A DNA stretch of 64,000 nucleotides. Origin: an uncultured Chitinophagaceae bacterium (GTDB lineage: Bacteria > Bacteroidota > Bacteroidia > Chitinophagales > Chitinophagaceae). Location of the stretch: assembly GCA_963846405.1 (NCBI GenBank), contig CAWJVU010000010.1, forward strand, positions 342,824 through 406,823. The letters run 5' to 3'. The notes beneath the pieces are model-generated. The model did not search any database, had not been told where the DNA came from, and worked only from the letters and a program-made list of their open reading frames with translations. The translations under genes were made by a program, and so were the position numbers. This document shows positions 54,243 to 64,000 of this stretch, in pieces; the first letter of the stretch is position 1, and the number at the start of each line of letters is the position of its first letter.

Positions 54243-54956
54243 TCAATCCCTTACTAAGGTGCCAACTTTTTCACCCCGAACCACCCGTAAAAGATTTCCC
54301 GGTTTGTTCATATCGAAGACAATAATGGGAAGGTGATTTTCCATACAAAGCGTGAAAGCGGTCATGTCCATAACGCGCAAATTCTGCGAAATACACTCCT
54401 GGAAGGTAATAGTTTCGTATTTCGTTGCGTCGGGCACCTTCTCGGGGTCTGCGGTATAGATCCCGTCGACCCGGGTGCCTTTCAGGATGACCTCCGCATT
54501 AATCTCGATCGCGCGAAGGGATCCCGCGGTGTCGGTTGTAAAGTAGGGGTTACCCGTCCCGGCGCCAAAAATGACCACCCGGCCCTTTTCCACATGCCGG
54601 ATGGCACGGCGGCGGATATAGGGCTCAGCGATCTGTTCCATTTTAATGGCGCTCTGAAGGCGGGTGTAAACACCGATCTTTTCCAGTCCGGCCTGGAGGG
54701 CCATCCCGTTGATAACGGTGGCGAGCATGCCCATATAGTCGCCATGTGCCCGTTCGATACCTGTTTCGGCCTCATTCATTCCCCGGTAGATATTGCCGCC
54801 GCCAATGACGATAGCGACTTGAACGCCGAGCTCGACGATACTTTTGATATCTTTTGCGTATTGAGCGATGACCTGGTTGTCAAAGCCAAAACTTTTATCT
54901 CCCATGAGGGCTTCGCCGGATAATTTGAGCAGGACACGCTTATACTTTGGCACCAT
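54243..54956 (-). CDS. pyrH: UMP kinase
   Basis: [27 protein letters not shown]. Confidence 0.96.
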   Translation of the reverse strand: MVPKYKRVLLKLSGEALMGDKSFGFDNQVIAQYAKDIKSIVELGVQVAIVIGGGNIYRGMNEAETGIERAHGDYMGMLATVINGMALQAGLEKIGVYTRLQSAIKMEQIAEPYIRRRAIRHVEKGRVVIFGAGTGNPYFTTDTAGSLRAIEINAEVILKGTRVDGIYTADPEKVPDATKYETITFQECISQNLRVMDMTAFTLCMENHLPIIVFDMNKPGNLLRVVRGEKVGTLVRD

Positions 54957-55053
54957 ATATTGAGGATGAATCTGAAATCTGTTTTTCCCGGCGAACTCCG
55001 CCGTCCCAGTCGGGGCGAAGGTAAATAATGTGCTTGATAACGACCTCCGGACT

Positions 55054-55080
55054 AAAAAAAAAGCCGGGCGAACCCGGCTT
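55054..55080 (-). terminator. Intrinsic terminator after tsf
   Basis: AAGCCGGG-UUCG-CCCGGCUU followed by a U-tract. Confidence 0.85.
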
Positions 55081-55083
55081 ATC

Positions 55084-55932
55084 TTATCCTAATTGAACTC
55101 TTTTGAACTGAGTGACTTTTGCGGAGCCATCGACGCTTTTTAGGTAGTCCCCAACCGTTTTGGAGGGATCCTTTACAAAGGGCTGAGCCGTGAGCGTGTT
55201 CTCCTTAAAGAAGGCATTGAGCTTTCCCGTGGCGATCTTGTCGATCATTTCGTCGGGCTTGCCGGCCATCTTGGGGTCGTTCTTGATCTGATCGGTGACG
55301 ATCGCCTTTTCCCGGCTGACAACGTCGGCAGGGACAGAATCAGGATCAACAGCCACCGGATTCATGGCAGCAATCTGCATGGCGATGTCCTTGCCGGCTT
55401 CAAGAAGCGCCGGAGTATTCTTTGAAAGACCGACAAGCACGCCCATCCGGTAAGCGCCATGAATATAGGCGGCTACGGCTTCCGCGTCGATTCTTTCGAA
55501 CCGGGCCAACTGGATCTTTTCACCAATTCGGGCGACCTGGTCGTTGATCTTATCGGCAACGGTAGCGCCGTCGAGTTGTGCAGCGAGCAGTTCTTCGAGG
55601 GTTTTGACGTTGTTCTTTAATGCGACGTCCGCGATACTTTGTGCAAAAGCGACGAAATCGGCATTCTTGGCCACAAAATCCGTCTCACAGGCCACGGTAA
55701 CAATAAAGCCCGTCTTATGGTCGGGTGTGGTCGTAGCGATAATCACCCCTTCCTTTGCTTCGCGGTCGCTGCGGAGCGCCGCGACTTTCTGTCCTTTCTT
55801 ACGCAGGTAGTCGATTGCTTTTTCGAAGTCGCCATCGCTTTCTACCAATGCCTTTCGGCAATCCATCATGCCTGCGCCGGTTGTCTGGCGCAGTTTATTG
55901 ATATCTGCTGCGGTGATTGTTGCAGTTGACAT
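55084..55932 (-). CDS. tsf: Elongation factor Ts
   Basis: [29 protein letters not shown]. Confidence 0.96.
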   Translation of the reverse strand: MSTATITAADINKLRQTTGAGMMDCRKALVESDGDFEKAIDYLRKKGQKVAALRSDREAKEGVIIATTTPDHKTGFIVTVACETDFVAKNADFVAFAQSIADVALKNNVKTLEELLAAQLDGATVADKINDQVARIGEKIQLARFERIDAEAVAAYIHGAYRMGVLVGLSKNTPALLEAGKDIAMQIAAMNPVAVDPDSVPADVVSREKAIVTDQIKNDPKMAGKPDEMIDKIATGKLNAFFKENTLTAQPFVKDPSKTVGDYLKSVDGSAKVTQFKRVQLG

Positions 55933-55953
55933 ATACTTATTTTAAGTTTTGTT

Positions 55954-56850
55954 TTAACATTTATGGGCCGCGCATCTCCCGTCGCGGCCTCCTGTACGGC
56001 GCCCCGAGTTCGGGATCCGGCGTTTGGGCTGGCTGGTGCCTCTTACTTTCTCACCGCGGCTGCGGGCTGCTTCGCTCTCGGCTTCGGCCTGAAGACGGGC
56101 GGCTTTCTTTTCGTTCTCGTCCGCTGCCGTATCTTCTACGTCTTCTTCCTTCGCCGCTTGTCTTTCGGCCAGACCTTCGGCGATGGCGGCAGTGACATAA
56201 TTGACGATGATCGCGATCGACTTGGTGGCGTCATCGTTTGCGGGAATGGCGAAGTCCACCTTGTTGGGGTCGCAGTTGGTATCAACCATGCCAAAGGTCG
56301 TGATTCCGAGGCGTTTGGCTTCTGCCAGCGCAATATGCTCATGGCCGATATCGACGATGAACAGAGCAGCGGGGACCCGGCCGAGCTGAGCGATACCGCC
56401 AAGGACCTTTTCCTTCTTATCCTTTTCCCGGGAAAGGGTGAGACGTTCCTTTTTGGTGATGCTGTCGAAGGTGCCGTCGTTCAGCATCTTTTCGATGCTC
56501 TGCATTTGCTTGACGCTTTTGCGAACGGTATTGAAGTTGGTCAGCATTCCGCCCAGCCAGCGTTCCGTGACGAAGGGCATATTGACTTTGACGGCGCATT
56601 CGGTAACGATCTCCTTCGCCTGCTTCTTGGTGCCGACAAACATGACCTTCTTACCGCTCTTGGCGATCTGTTTAAGCGCTGAAGCGGCTTCCTGCAGTGC
56701 TTCAGTCGTTTTGTTCAGATCGATGATATGAATACCTTTCTTCTCGGCGAAGATATAAGGCAGCATTTTGGGGTTCCACTTCTTACGCAGGTGACCGAAA
56801 TGTACACCGGCTTCGAGGAGTTGTTGTTGTAATGAAGTGTTATTTTCCAT
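55954..56850 (-). CDS. rpsB: 30S ribosomal protein S2
   Basis: [30 protein letters not shown]. Confidence 0.96.
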   Translation of the reverse strand: MENNTSLQQQLLEAGVHFGHLRKKWNPKMLPYIFAEKKGIHIIDLNKTTEALQEAASALKQIAKSGKKVMFVGTKKQAKEIVTECAVKVNMPFVTERWLGGMLTNFNTVRKSVKQMQSIEKMLNDGTFDSITKKERLTLSREKDKKEKVLGGIAQLGRVPAALFIVDIGHEHIALAEAKRLGITTFGMVDTNCDPNKVDFAIPANDDATKSIAIIVNYVTAAIAEGLAERQAAKEEDVEDTAADENEKKAARLQAEAESEAARSRGEKVRGTSQPKRRIPNSGRRTGGRDGRCAAHKC

Positions 56851-56916
56851 TTTCTGTATTTGATAAGTTTGATGCGGCGGTGCCGGCACGTGCCGCCCCT
56901 CTGCCGCAGGGGGTTG

Positions 56917-57306
56917 TTAACGTTTGCTGAACTGGAAGCTCCTTCTGGCTTTCTTGCGTCCGGGTTTCTTTCGTTCGACGGCCCTGGGGTCGCGACGCAG
57001 CAGACCGGCCGCTTTGAGGGCGGGCCGGAAATCGGCGTTGACTTCGAGCAGGGCGCGGGCGATGCCAAGTTTGGCGGCTTCAGCCTGACCCTTGATCCCG
57101 CCGCCCGTGGCATTGATCTTCACGTCATACTTGTCTGAAAGTTCGACCGTCTTGAGCGGCAGTTCGACCTGGTTCTGCAGGTATACCAGCGTGAAATATT
57201 GTTTGTAATCCTTATCGTTGATGATGATCTTACCATCACCCTTGCTGAGGAAGACCCGGGTTACGGCTTCCTTCCGGCGACCAACGGCGTTCTTTTGCTT
57301 TTCCAT
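56917..57306 (-). CDS. rpsI: 30S ribosomal protein S9
   Basis: GRRKEA, GGGIKGQA, QFSKR. Confidence 0.97.
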   Translation of the reverse strand: MEKQKNAVGRRKEAVTRVFLSKGDGKIIINDKDYKQYFTLVYLQNQVELPLKTVELSDKYDVKINATGGGIKGQAEAAKLGIARALLEVNADFRPALKAAGLLRRDPRAVERKKPGRKKARRSFQFSKR

Positions 57307-57319
57307 GTATTGGTTAAGA

Positions 57320-57763
57320 TTAGAAAGTTAGAGTTTTGGGTTGCTGTGCGGCATGCGGGTGCTGGTCGCCGGCGTAGACAAAGAGTTTCTTGAACATCTT
57401 ACGCCCAAGACGATTCTTTGGTAGCATCCCTTTGACGGCTCTTTCAATGACGGCGTCCGGACGACGGCGAAGAAGATTCTTGGCGATCTCTTCCTTCTTC
57501 CCGCCGGGGTAGCCGGAGAAATTAATGTAGATCTTGTCTTCCAATTTGTTGCCGGTAAATACAACCTTATCCGCGTTGATCACAACGATAAAATCGCCGC
57601 AATCCACGTGTGGGGTATAGTAGGCTTTGTTCTTGCCGCGAAGGACGGCGGCAATTTTGGAACACATGCGACCGACGGTTTGATTAGTACCGTCCACGAC
57701 GTACCAGTCGCGCTTTACGGTAGCCTCGTTCGCGTGTATGGTGGTGAAATGCAATTTGCTCAT
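57320..57763 (-). CDS. rplM: 50S ribosomal protein L13
   Basis: [33 protein letters not shown]. Confidence 0.97.
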   Translation of the reverse strand: MSKLHFTTIHANEATVKRDWYVVDGTNQTVGRMCSKIAAVLRGKNKAYYTPHVDCGDFIVVINADKVVFTGNKLEDKIYINFSGYPGGKKEEIAKNLLRRRPDAVIERAVKGMLPKNRLGRKMFKKLFVYAGDQHPHAAQQPKTLTF

Positions 57764-58256
57764 TTTCTTTTCTTTTTTCGTGATGCCATCGCTATCCCAA
57801 TGGCGTTGAATGTTTACCTCCGGCGGCGACTGCCTATCCTTTTTGGGGACGCAGGGCAAGCCCGGCCTAAGGGAGCGCAAAATTAGAGGTTTTAGGAGTT
57901 CACTTCCAAGAAAAACAGGGTTATTTTTGGAGGCGGTCTCATAATTGATTGATTTACAATAAAAATTTTGATCGGTTTTTAAAATCACCTCCCCGGCGAG
58001 CCTTGCTGAAGAGCGGGGGAAAGTTCACGTTTTGAGAACTTCTGCGTCAATTCACGGCTCATTCGAATTTGAAATCAATTGGAAATCAAGGGATTTGAAA
58101 TAAACAGCGCTTGATTTTCCGTGCAAAAGTTCTCGTTTTGAGAACTTTTATTTTCATCCACCACACGCTCCTCCCACCCCGCCCACGATCGTGATCGCGC
58201 AATGGAATATGATCGAGCGATCGATTCCTTTATTAAATTGCCGTAAATCGAATCAC

Positions 58257-58868
58257 ATGTCCACAACGACCCCCATCCTCGCGCTCGGCCGCAGCGAGTT
58301 CGGAAACCCGGCTAACAAAGGTAACCTGCCAACCCTCGAACAAGCCCACGCACTCCTGACCGAATGGGTGCCGAACGAACGCCTGCGCCTGCATATGAAG
58401 CAGGTCGCCGCAGTCATGAAAGCCTGGGCACTCGAACGGGAAGGCGCAGATGAAAAGACCGCGCTCAAATGGGAACTGGCCGGGCTGTTGCACGACGCCG
58501 ACTGGGAGAAATTCCCCGAGTCACATTGCCGCGTCATCATCGAGCATCTCGAATCGCTGAATGTCGACCCGGAAGTCATCCATTGCATCGCCTCCCACGG
58601 CCCCCGGCATTTCGGCGTCGAGCCGGAAAGCAGGATGGACAAAATGATCTATGTATTCGACGAATTGTCCGGCTTTATCCATGCGGCAGCGTTGATCCGC
58701 CCGACAAGATACGAGGGCATGGACGTGAAAAGCGTGATGAAAAAGCTCAAGACCCCCTCATTCGCAGCGCAAGTTAACCGGGATGATATCAACGACGCGC
58801 TCAGCCGCATCGACCTCCCGTTGGAGGAAATCATCCAGTTTATCATCGATCACCAGAAAGACGTCTAG
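58257..58868 (+). CDS. HD-domain phosphohydrolase
   Basis: LRLHM, GLLHDAD, SHG, DELSG. Confidence 0.85.
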   Translation: MSTTTPILALGRSEFGNPANKGNLPTLEQAHALLTEWVPNERLRLHMKQVAAVMKAWALEREGADEKTALKWELAGLLHDADWEKFPESHCRVIIEHLESLNVDPEVIHCIASHGPRHFGVEPESRMDKMIYVFDELSGFIHAAALIRPTRYEGMDVKSVMKKLKTPSFAAQVNRDDINDALSRIDLPLEEIIQFIIDHQKDV

Positions 58869-61790
58869 TGGACCACCAAAAACGGCAGGTGCATCGTCCC
58901 GTTACTCGTGATCATCTCCAGGATGTAATATCCATTCGGCATTCCGATCGGATCCACCGGTAACTGGCTAGCCAAAAGCGTATACTGACCCGCTCCCCGA
59001 CTCCCCAAATCGATCACCCCCAATCGCCGTCCGCTGATCGAATACACCACCAGGCTGACATTGGCGGCCGTCGGAAGATTATAGGTGATCGTAGCCGCGC
59101 TGCTGATAACAGGATTCGGATAGATCGACAGGCTTAACGATGAAGACGACGGCGGAGGCGGCGGCGTGACCGTCGTGCCGGTATCCGGACCACCGGAACC
59201 GTTAAGATTCCGGTTGGTGAAAACATGGTATTCGCCGGGCGCAAACGTCAGGTTTGCCCCGCTCGCGCCAGCCTGAACACTATCCCCGGGCGTGAGATAA
59301 TCGAACCAGGTTCCGGCCACAGGGAAGGGAATTGCCCCGGCCCCGGCCAGCACATCGAAATTGCCAACAACCATAACACTGAGTGAGTCGGTCTGTACGC
59401 CGAGATACTTCAGGCTGCCGTTGAGCGAGTAATTCGTAGCGCCCGTGGCGAGCGCCGGGTAATTTGCACGCAACTTCAGCAGCGATGCGTAGACATCATG
59501 CAATTTCTTGCGCGTACTATCTTGTAGATAGTCCCACCGGATAGGCTTCGGGGTAAGGCGACAACTCCCGGTAGGGGTCCACGGTTCCATTCGAGCACCA
59601 ATTGACCGAGTAATCAAAACCCAGTTCGCCGAATTCCGTCAGCATTTTGGGTCCCGGGCGCCAGCGCCCAGAAAGCCGTAGACATCGCGTCGCGTTTCAG
59701 CGCCGTTGCCGTGTCCCTGATATTGGTAAAGCGTGCTGCTGTTCCCATTCGTTTCGTTGTTGTACATCAGCCGTTCATCGTCATGACTTTCCTGGTAAAC
59801 GACAAGACCGGGGTTATTCCAGCCGCCGAGGGAGCTATAAATGCTTCCGGTCAGATCCCAGCCCGAGTTGATAGCCCATCGCCGCCTGGCTGTAGTTCCC
59901 GCTCAGGTCCTCGCCCCACAGCATCATCCCGTAATTGGCTTCAACCTGCTGCTCGCTATTGTCGGCGAACATTTCCAAAATACAATAACTACCCGGGGAA
60001 GCCGCCTGCATCTGGTTATAGATCGTATCCCAGGTGGCAACCCGGCCGGCATCATAGTTGCCCCACGCACCGACATTGCAATTGTTCCCAAACGCATCGC
60101 AGGTATTGGTCTGCGTAAACCCTTTGGCAAGGTCCCAGCGAAAACCGTCCAGATGATAGTTGGTCAGCCAATAGTTGACGACCCGTCGCGTAAAGTCGAT
60201 CGTCTCCGGGCTTTCGTGATTGAACTGGTAGCCCACATTGTCCGCATGGGTCGGATATTGGTTAAACCAGGGGTTGTTAGCGGCGGGAACGCCAAGGGCC
60301 CCATTCCAATACATCTGCACCATGGGCGAGCTGCCAAAAGAATGGTTCATCACAAGATCCATGATCACCGCCATGCCAAGACCATGGGCGGCATCGATGA
60401 ATTGCTTGATGGCAAGGGCCGGACCATACACCTTATCGGGCGCAAAATAAAAGTTCGGATTATAGCCCCAGCTGTTCGCCCCTTCGAAATTGCAGAAGGG
60501 CTCGATCTCCACGGCATTTATCCCAAGGTTCTTTAAATAGTTGAGTGTATCGGCAAGCGTCTGCCAGTTACCCGCTGCAATAAAGTCGGCGATCCATAGC
60601 TCATAGACCCGCAGGTTGGCCTTGGCCGGCCGCTGGAAATTGGTCACCTGCCAGCTATACGGCGTTTGCCCCGTCTGGATGATACTGGCCAGGGTACCGG
60701 CTGCCCCGGAAGGGAACGATTTCAAGTTTGGATACGTAGATGCCGGGATGCCGGGATCAACATTTTTATCCAACACTTTCTCCGTGTTGTAGTCCGCCAG
60801 CTGGAGGCTGTCATCAATGACATATTGATAGGCATACTCCGTGCCCGAAGTAAGTCCATCGATTTGTAACCAAAAGAAATTACTGTCCGCCGTCTCGTTC
60901 ATCTGGTAGGCCGACTGCTGCGTCCAGTTGTTAAAATCGCCGACCACGACGATCTTGTGCTTAAGCGGGGCGTTGAGGACCAACAAAACGGACGTGTCTC
61001 CGGGCAGGTAGTTGATCCCTTCCTTAGCGCCCGCCGGCAACGGGGCAATAACAGTCGCCCCGCCCACGAAGAAATTAAACGTATCCGCGACGCTGGCAGC
61101 ACCCGCGGTCGCCGTGGCAATGATCTGCTGGTTCCCGGCCGTCGTAACGGACACGGTATATTTCAGCGAATCCACCGACGAAGCGCTGGCCACCGAAACG
61201 CCGTTCACATACAAGCTGATGGAAGCCGCCATATTGGTGACAAACTTCACCGGCAGCGTATTGCCGATGATTTCGTTGAGCGGCTGCGGAACCGGGCTAT
61301 AGGTTGGTTGAAAAGGAGGAACCGCAAAAAAGCCCGCCAGCGAAGTCCCGTATACCGGGACAAACATATCGCTGCCATCCGCGTTCCGTTGGGCGATGTT
61401 TCCGCTATTGGCCCAAAACAAAATCGCCACCTTATAGATAACCTCCCCGGCCGGGACGCCAAAATAAGACCGGATACCGGGGATCGTCAACGAATATTGA
61501 TTATTCCCGAGATACGTCGCCGCGACAGCAGCATTCGGGGTTCCCCACACGCAGGCCGCCGGAACATGCAACCAGTTTGAGGAACTCGTGCTCGAACTGG
61601 TGATCAAACCCATATAGGCATATACGCCGGTGCCCCCGGCAGTCAGCAATCCCTGATTGCCGAGGTTGCAGTTCACCGTTATGGTCACCGTGCCGGTATC
61701 CTGAGGGAAGGCTGGGCTCGAACTTAATTCCTGGCCCCAGCCCTTGCAGGAAAACAAGACGGCTATGATTACAAAAAAGGCAGTTTTCAT
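58865..61790 (-). CDS. GH13 alpha-amylase/branching-enzyme-like protein with T9SS C-terminal domain (frameshifted)
   Basis: SWGYNP, DLVMNH, DGFRWDLAKG, SHDER-like region, IYPNP T9SS CTD. Confidence 0.88.
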
Positions 61791-61819
61791 ATTACTGGCT
61801 TGTCTTCCCTGTCGCGACC

Positions 61820-63211
61820 CTACTGGATAGAATACGTGTAATAGCCGGCGGCGCTCAGGCTCATCGAGACCGTATGAGTACCCGCAGTGATCGGGATGTT
61901 GCCTCCGTTATTCGACGTAAGGCTATGCGCCGGTCCACCCGTACCGTAGCTCACATTCCAGGCATCATTGGCCCTTATTTTAAAGCCACCCGCAGCGGCC
62001 ACGTTGATCGTACCCGACCAGAGACCTGTTGTGCTGCTGTAGGTCATCGGAGCATCGGCACTCCAGCTGTTGAAGTCACCGATCAGGCTCCAGCTGGTGA
62101 TTGCCATGGCCGTCCAGGTAGATGCCGTTGTATTTGCCTGCAGGAAATACCAACCATCCGCTGGAACTTGGAGATTGTTGCCACTGGTGCTCAGTACCCC
62201 GGATTCTCCGTTGGTTGCCACATCGCCGTAGCTCGTTCCATTCCAGTTGGGTACGTTAGTGAATTTAAAGCCGTTGGTTGTAGTAATATCGACATAGCCC
62301 TGATAGCTGCCGTTCGTCGTGTCTGAAGCGAGAGTCGGGGCAGTTGCAGGTGCCCAACCTTGGTAGTCGCCAGGTACATACAATTCACCAATTGTCTCGA
62401 TCGGAGTGACGCTAAAGAGACCGGTCTGGAAGTCGACGGTAATATAGTAAAAGCCACTTACGGAAGGACCGGGAATATCATTACCGGGCCCGGTGGAGTA
62501 TTGGAAAGCACCGCCGGCGGAAAGGCCGGAGACAGACGCGCTTGCGACATTGTACTTTGCGTTCCAGCTGCCGTTAACAGGCAGGAAATCGTAAGCGCTG
62601 TTGGCGGCCAGATATACGGTGTCCCCATAAAGGACGGAATCAATTTCATGAAATTGCTGGGTTGCCGTCGGGACGGGGTTGTTCCATCCAAACCCGGTCG
62701 CGCTGCCAATGATGAACAGGGCGCCAAGCGGCGGTGTCACTTTGGGCGGCGTGACGTAAGGCGTATAGTTGATCGTGATCGTTTTGGAAATAAGCTGCTG
62801 GTTATTATTGGCATAAGACGAGATCAGCCGGACATTCAAGTTGCCGGCGACATTATAATTAAAGCCTAAACCCAGCGCGATCGAGTTGATCTGCTTGGCG
62901 GTGATGGAGTCAATCAGGGCTCCGGATACCTGGATGCTGACGGCATAGGTAAAATTCGGGTCGGCGGTATCGAACTGAAGGGTGTAGAGCTCTGTGGCGG
63001 AATCCGTCGCATAGTGCGGGTTGGTCCAGCTAAAGGCCACCACCTTCTGCAAGGAATCGGCGACAGTCGGCGCCAGCGTGGTCGAAGAAGCGTTAAGGGT
63101 TGGAGTGCTGCCATTGCCGAAGTATTCGTTAGTCATCTTTTTCTGACAGGAAATCGAGCTCAAGGCAGCCACACAGGTGACGATACTGATATTTCTGATA
63201 ATTTGTTTCAT
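61820..63211 (-). CDS. SusE/SusF-like outer-membrane starch-binding lipoprotein
   Basis: Lipobox ISC, SusE N-domain FSWT, repeated CBM-like IGSAT.GW, VPGDYQGW and FKIRAN motifs. Confidence 0.82.
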   Translation of the reverse strand: MKQIIRNISIVTCVAALSSISCQKKMTNEYFGNGSTPTLNASSTTLAPTVADSLQKVVAFSWTNPHYATDSATELYTLQFDTADPNFTYAVSIQVSGALIDSITAKQINSIALGLGFNYNVAGNLNVRLISSYANNNQQLISKTITINYTPYVTPPKVTPPLGALFIIGSATGFGWNNPVPTATQQFHEIDSVLYGDTVYLAANSAYDFLPVNGSWNAKYNVASASVSGLSAGGAFQYSTGPGNDIPGPSVSGFYYITVDFQTGLFSVTPIETIGELYVPGDYQGWAPATAPTLASDTTNGSYQGYVDITTTNGFKFTNVPNWNGTSYGDVATNGESGVLSTSGNNLQVPADGWYFLQANTTASTWTAMAITSWSLIGDFNSWSADAPMTYSSTTGLWSGTINVAAAGGFKIRANDAWNVSYGTGGPAHSLTSNNGGNIPITAGTHTVSMSLSAAGYYTYSIQ

Positions 63212-63219
63212 GGCTGCAA

Positions 63220-64000
63220 TCAATTAGGGGTGATGGTAAAGTTGCCTGTCTGGAAATTAAACGTGATGGTATAGGTTCCGGAGGCTGTCGGGCCAGTGAA
63301 ATTATTACTGGCGTTGTAAGCAAATGTTCCTCCCGACCCCGTCTCGCTACCATCATTCGTAGCATATTTGTTGGTCCAGACATTCGCAGGGACCAGCAGG
63401 AACGACTGCCCGCCAATCACGGGCATCGTGATCGTCCAGATGGTCGGGCTTACTTCAGTCATTGCCTGGCCGGCAATAGAAGACGGCATGCCGGCGGTCA
63501 TCCATCCATCGTTCGTCGAACTCCCGGTAATCCAAAGGGCGCTCGGGAGCGGCTGGACAGCGGGCGGGAGCGCGTAGGGAGTTACCATAAAATTCAGCGA
63601 GTTGGAATATAAGACACCGGCGGAGGTCGTGCCGGAAGTCTCCGGGGTCAGAAAAGAGACGATCCTGACCTGAATATTATGCGGAACACTGGCCGAAAGG
63701 TTCATCTGGTTTGACAGCACGGAATTCAGATGGGCGACTGTATAGGTTGCACTCAATTGGGAGGTGATGCCGATCTGAGCCAGGGCCGGGCTGGAAAAAT
63801 TACCCCCGACCGTATCCAATTCCAGATAGTAAGAAACATCGAGGGAGCTGATCCCGTTGCTGAACTGGTAACTGGGGTTGGTCCACGTGAATGTCACCGC
63901 GGTCGCCGTCGTGTCCGAAAGTGGTAATGGGATCGAGTCGGTGGCCGTTGCGGTCAGCACCGGAGCCGTGCCGCCGTTGAAAGTTATGGGCGAGTTATTC
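63220..64000 (-). CDS. SusE-domain lipoprotein (5'-partial)
   Basis: FTWTNP, Y.LE.D, LWITGS, G.YTIT; adjacent to the SusF-like and GH13 genes. Confidence 0.78.
   Translation of the reverse strand, partial: NNSPITFNGGTAPVLTATATDSIPLPLSDTTATAVTFTWTNPSYQFSNGISSLDVSYYLELDTVGGNFSSPALAQIGITSQLSATYTVAHLNSVLSNQMNLSASVPHNIQVRIVSFLTPETSGTTSAGVLYSNSLNFMVTPYALPPAVQPLPSALWITGSSTNDGWMTAGMPSSIAGQAMTEVSPTIWTITMPVIGGQSFLLVPANVWTNKYATNDGSETGSGGTFAYNASNNFTGPTASGTYTITFNFQTGNFTITPN

Overview
Chromosomal window from a Bacteroidota genome, most likely Chitinophagaceae, judging from the SusE/SusF genes, T9SS cargo, TAnnTTTG promoters and split metH. Many genes carry single-base frameshifts, including conserved housekeeping genes, which points to an uncorrected long-read assembly rather than true pseudogenes. 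Most of the window is housekeeping (rplM-rpsI-rpsB-tsf-pyrH, recR, metH, xth, pdxH, HU, EF-G-like, UvrD-like helicase) or transport and metabolism. The standout is a minus-strand locus at about 8.0-12.15 kb. It reads: promoter, two tandem leader-peptide attenuators each with an explicit antiterminator helix, atypical tRNA-Lys(UUU) and tRNA-Phe(GAA), a YkuK/RNase H-like nuclease, a ~530-nt structured non-coding region, an SPFH/slipin gene, and the RNA ligase RtcB. The non-coding region holds two circularly permuted tRNA mimics inside one long closing helix (Y-RNA/YrlA-like), flanked by degenerate ribozyme-like motifs. No Ro60/TROVE or WYL gene is in the window. The locus looks like a translation-stress-inducible tRNA backup, decoy and repair system. 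All RNA structures were derived by eye and need covariance and experimental checks.
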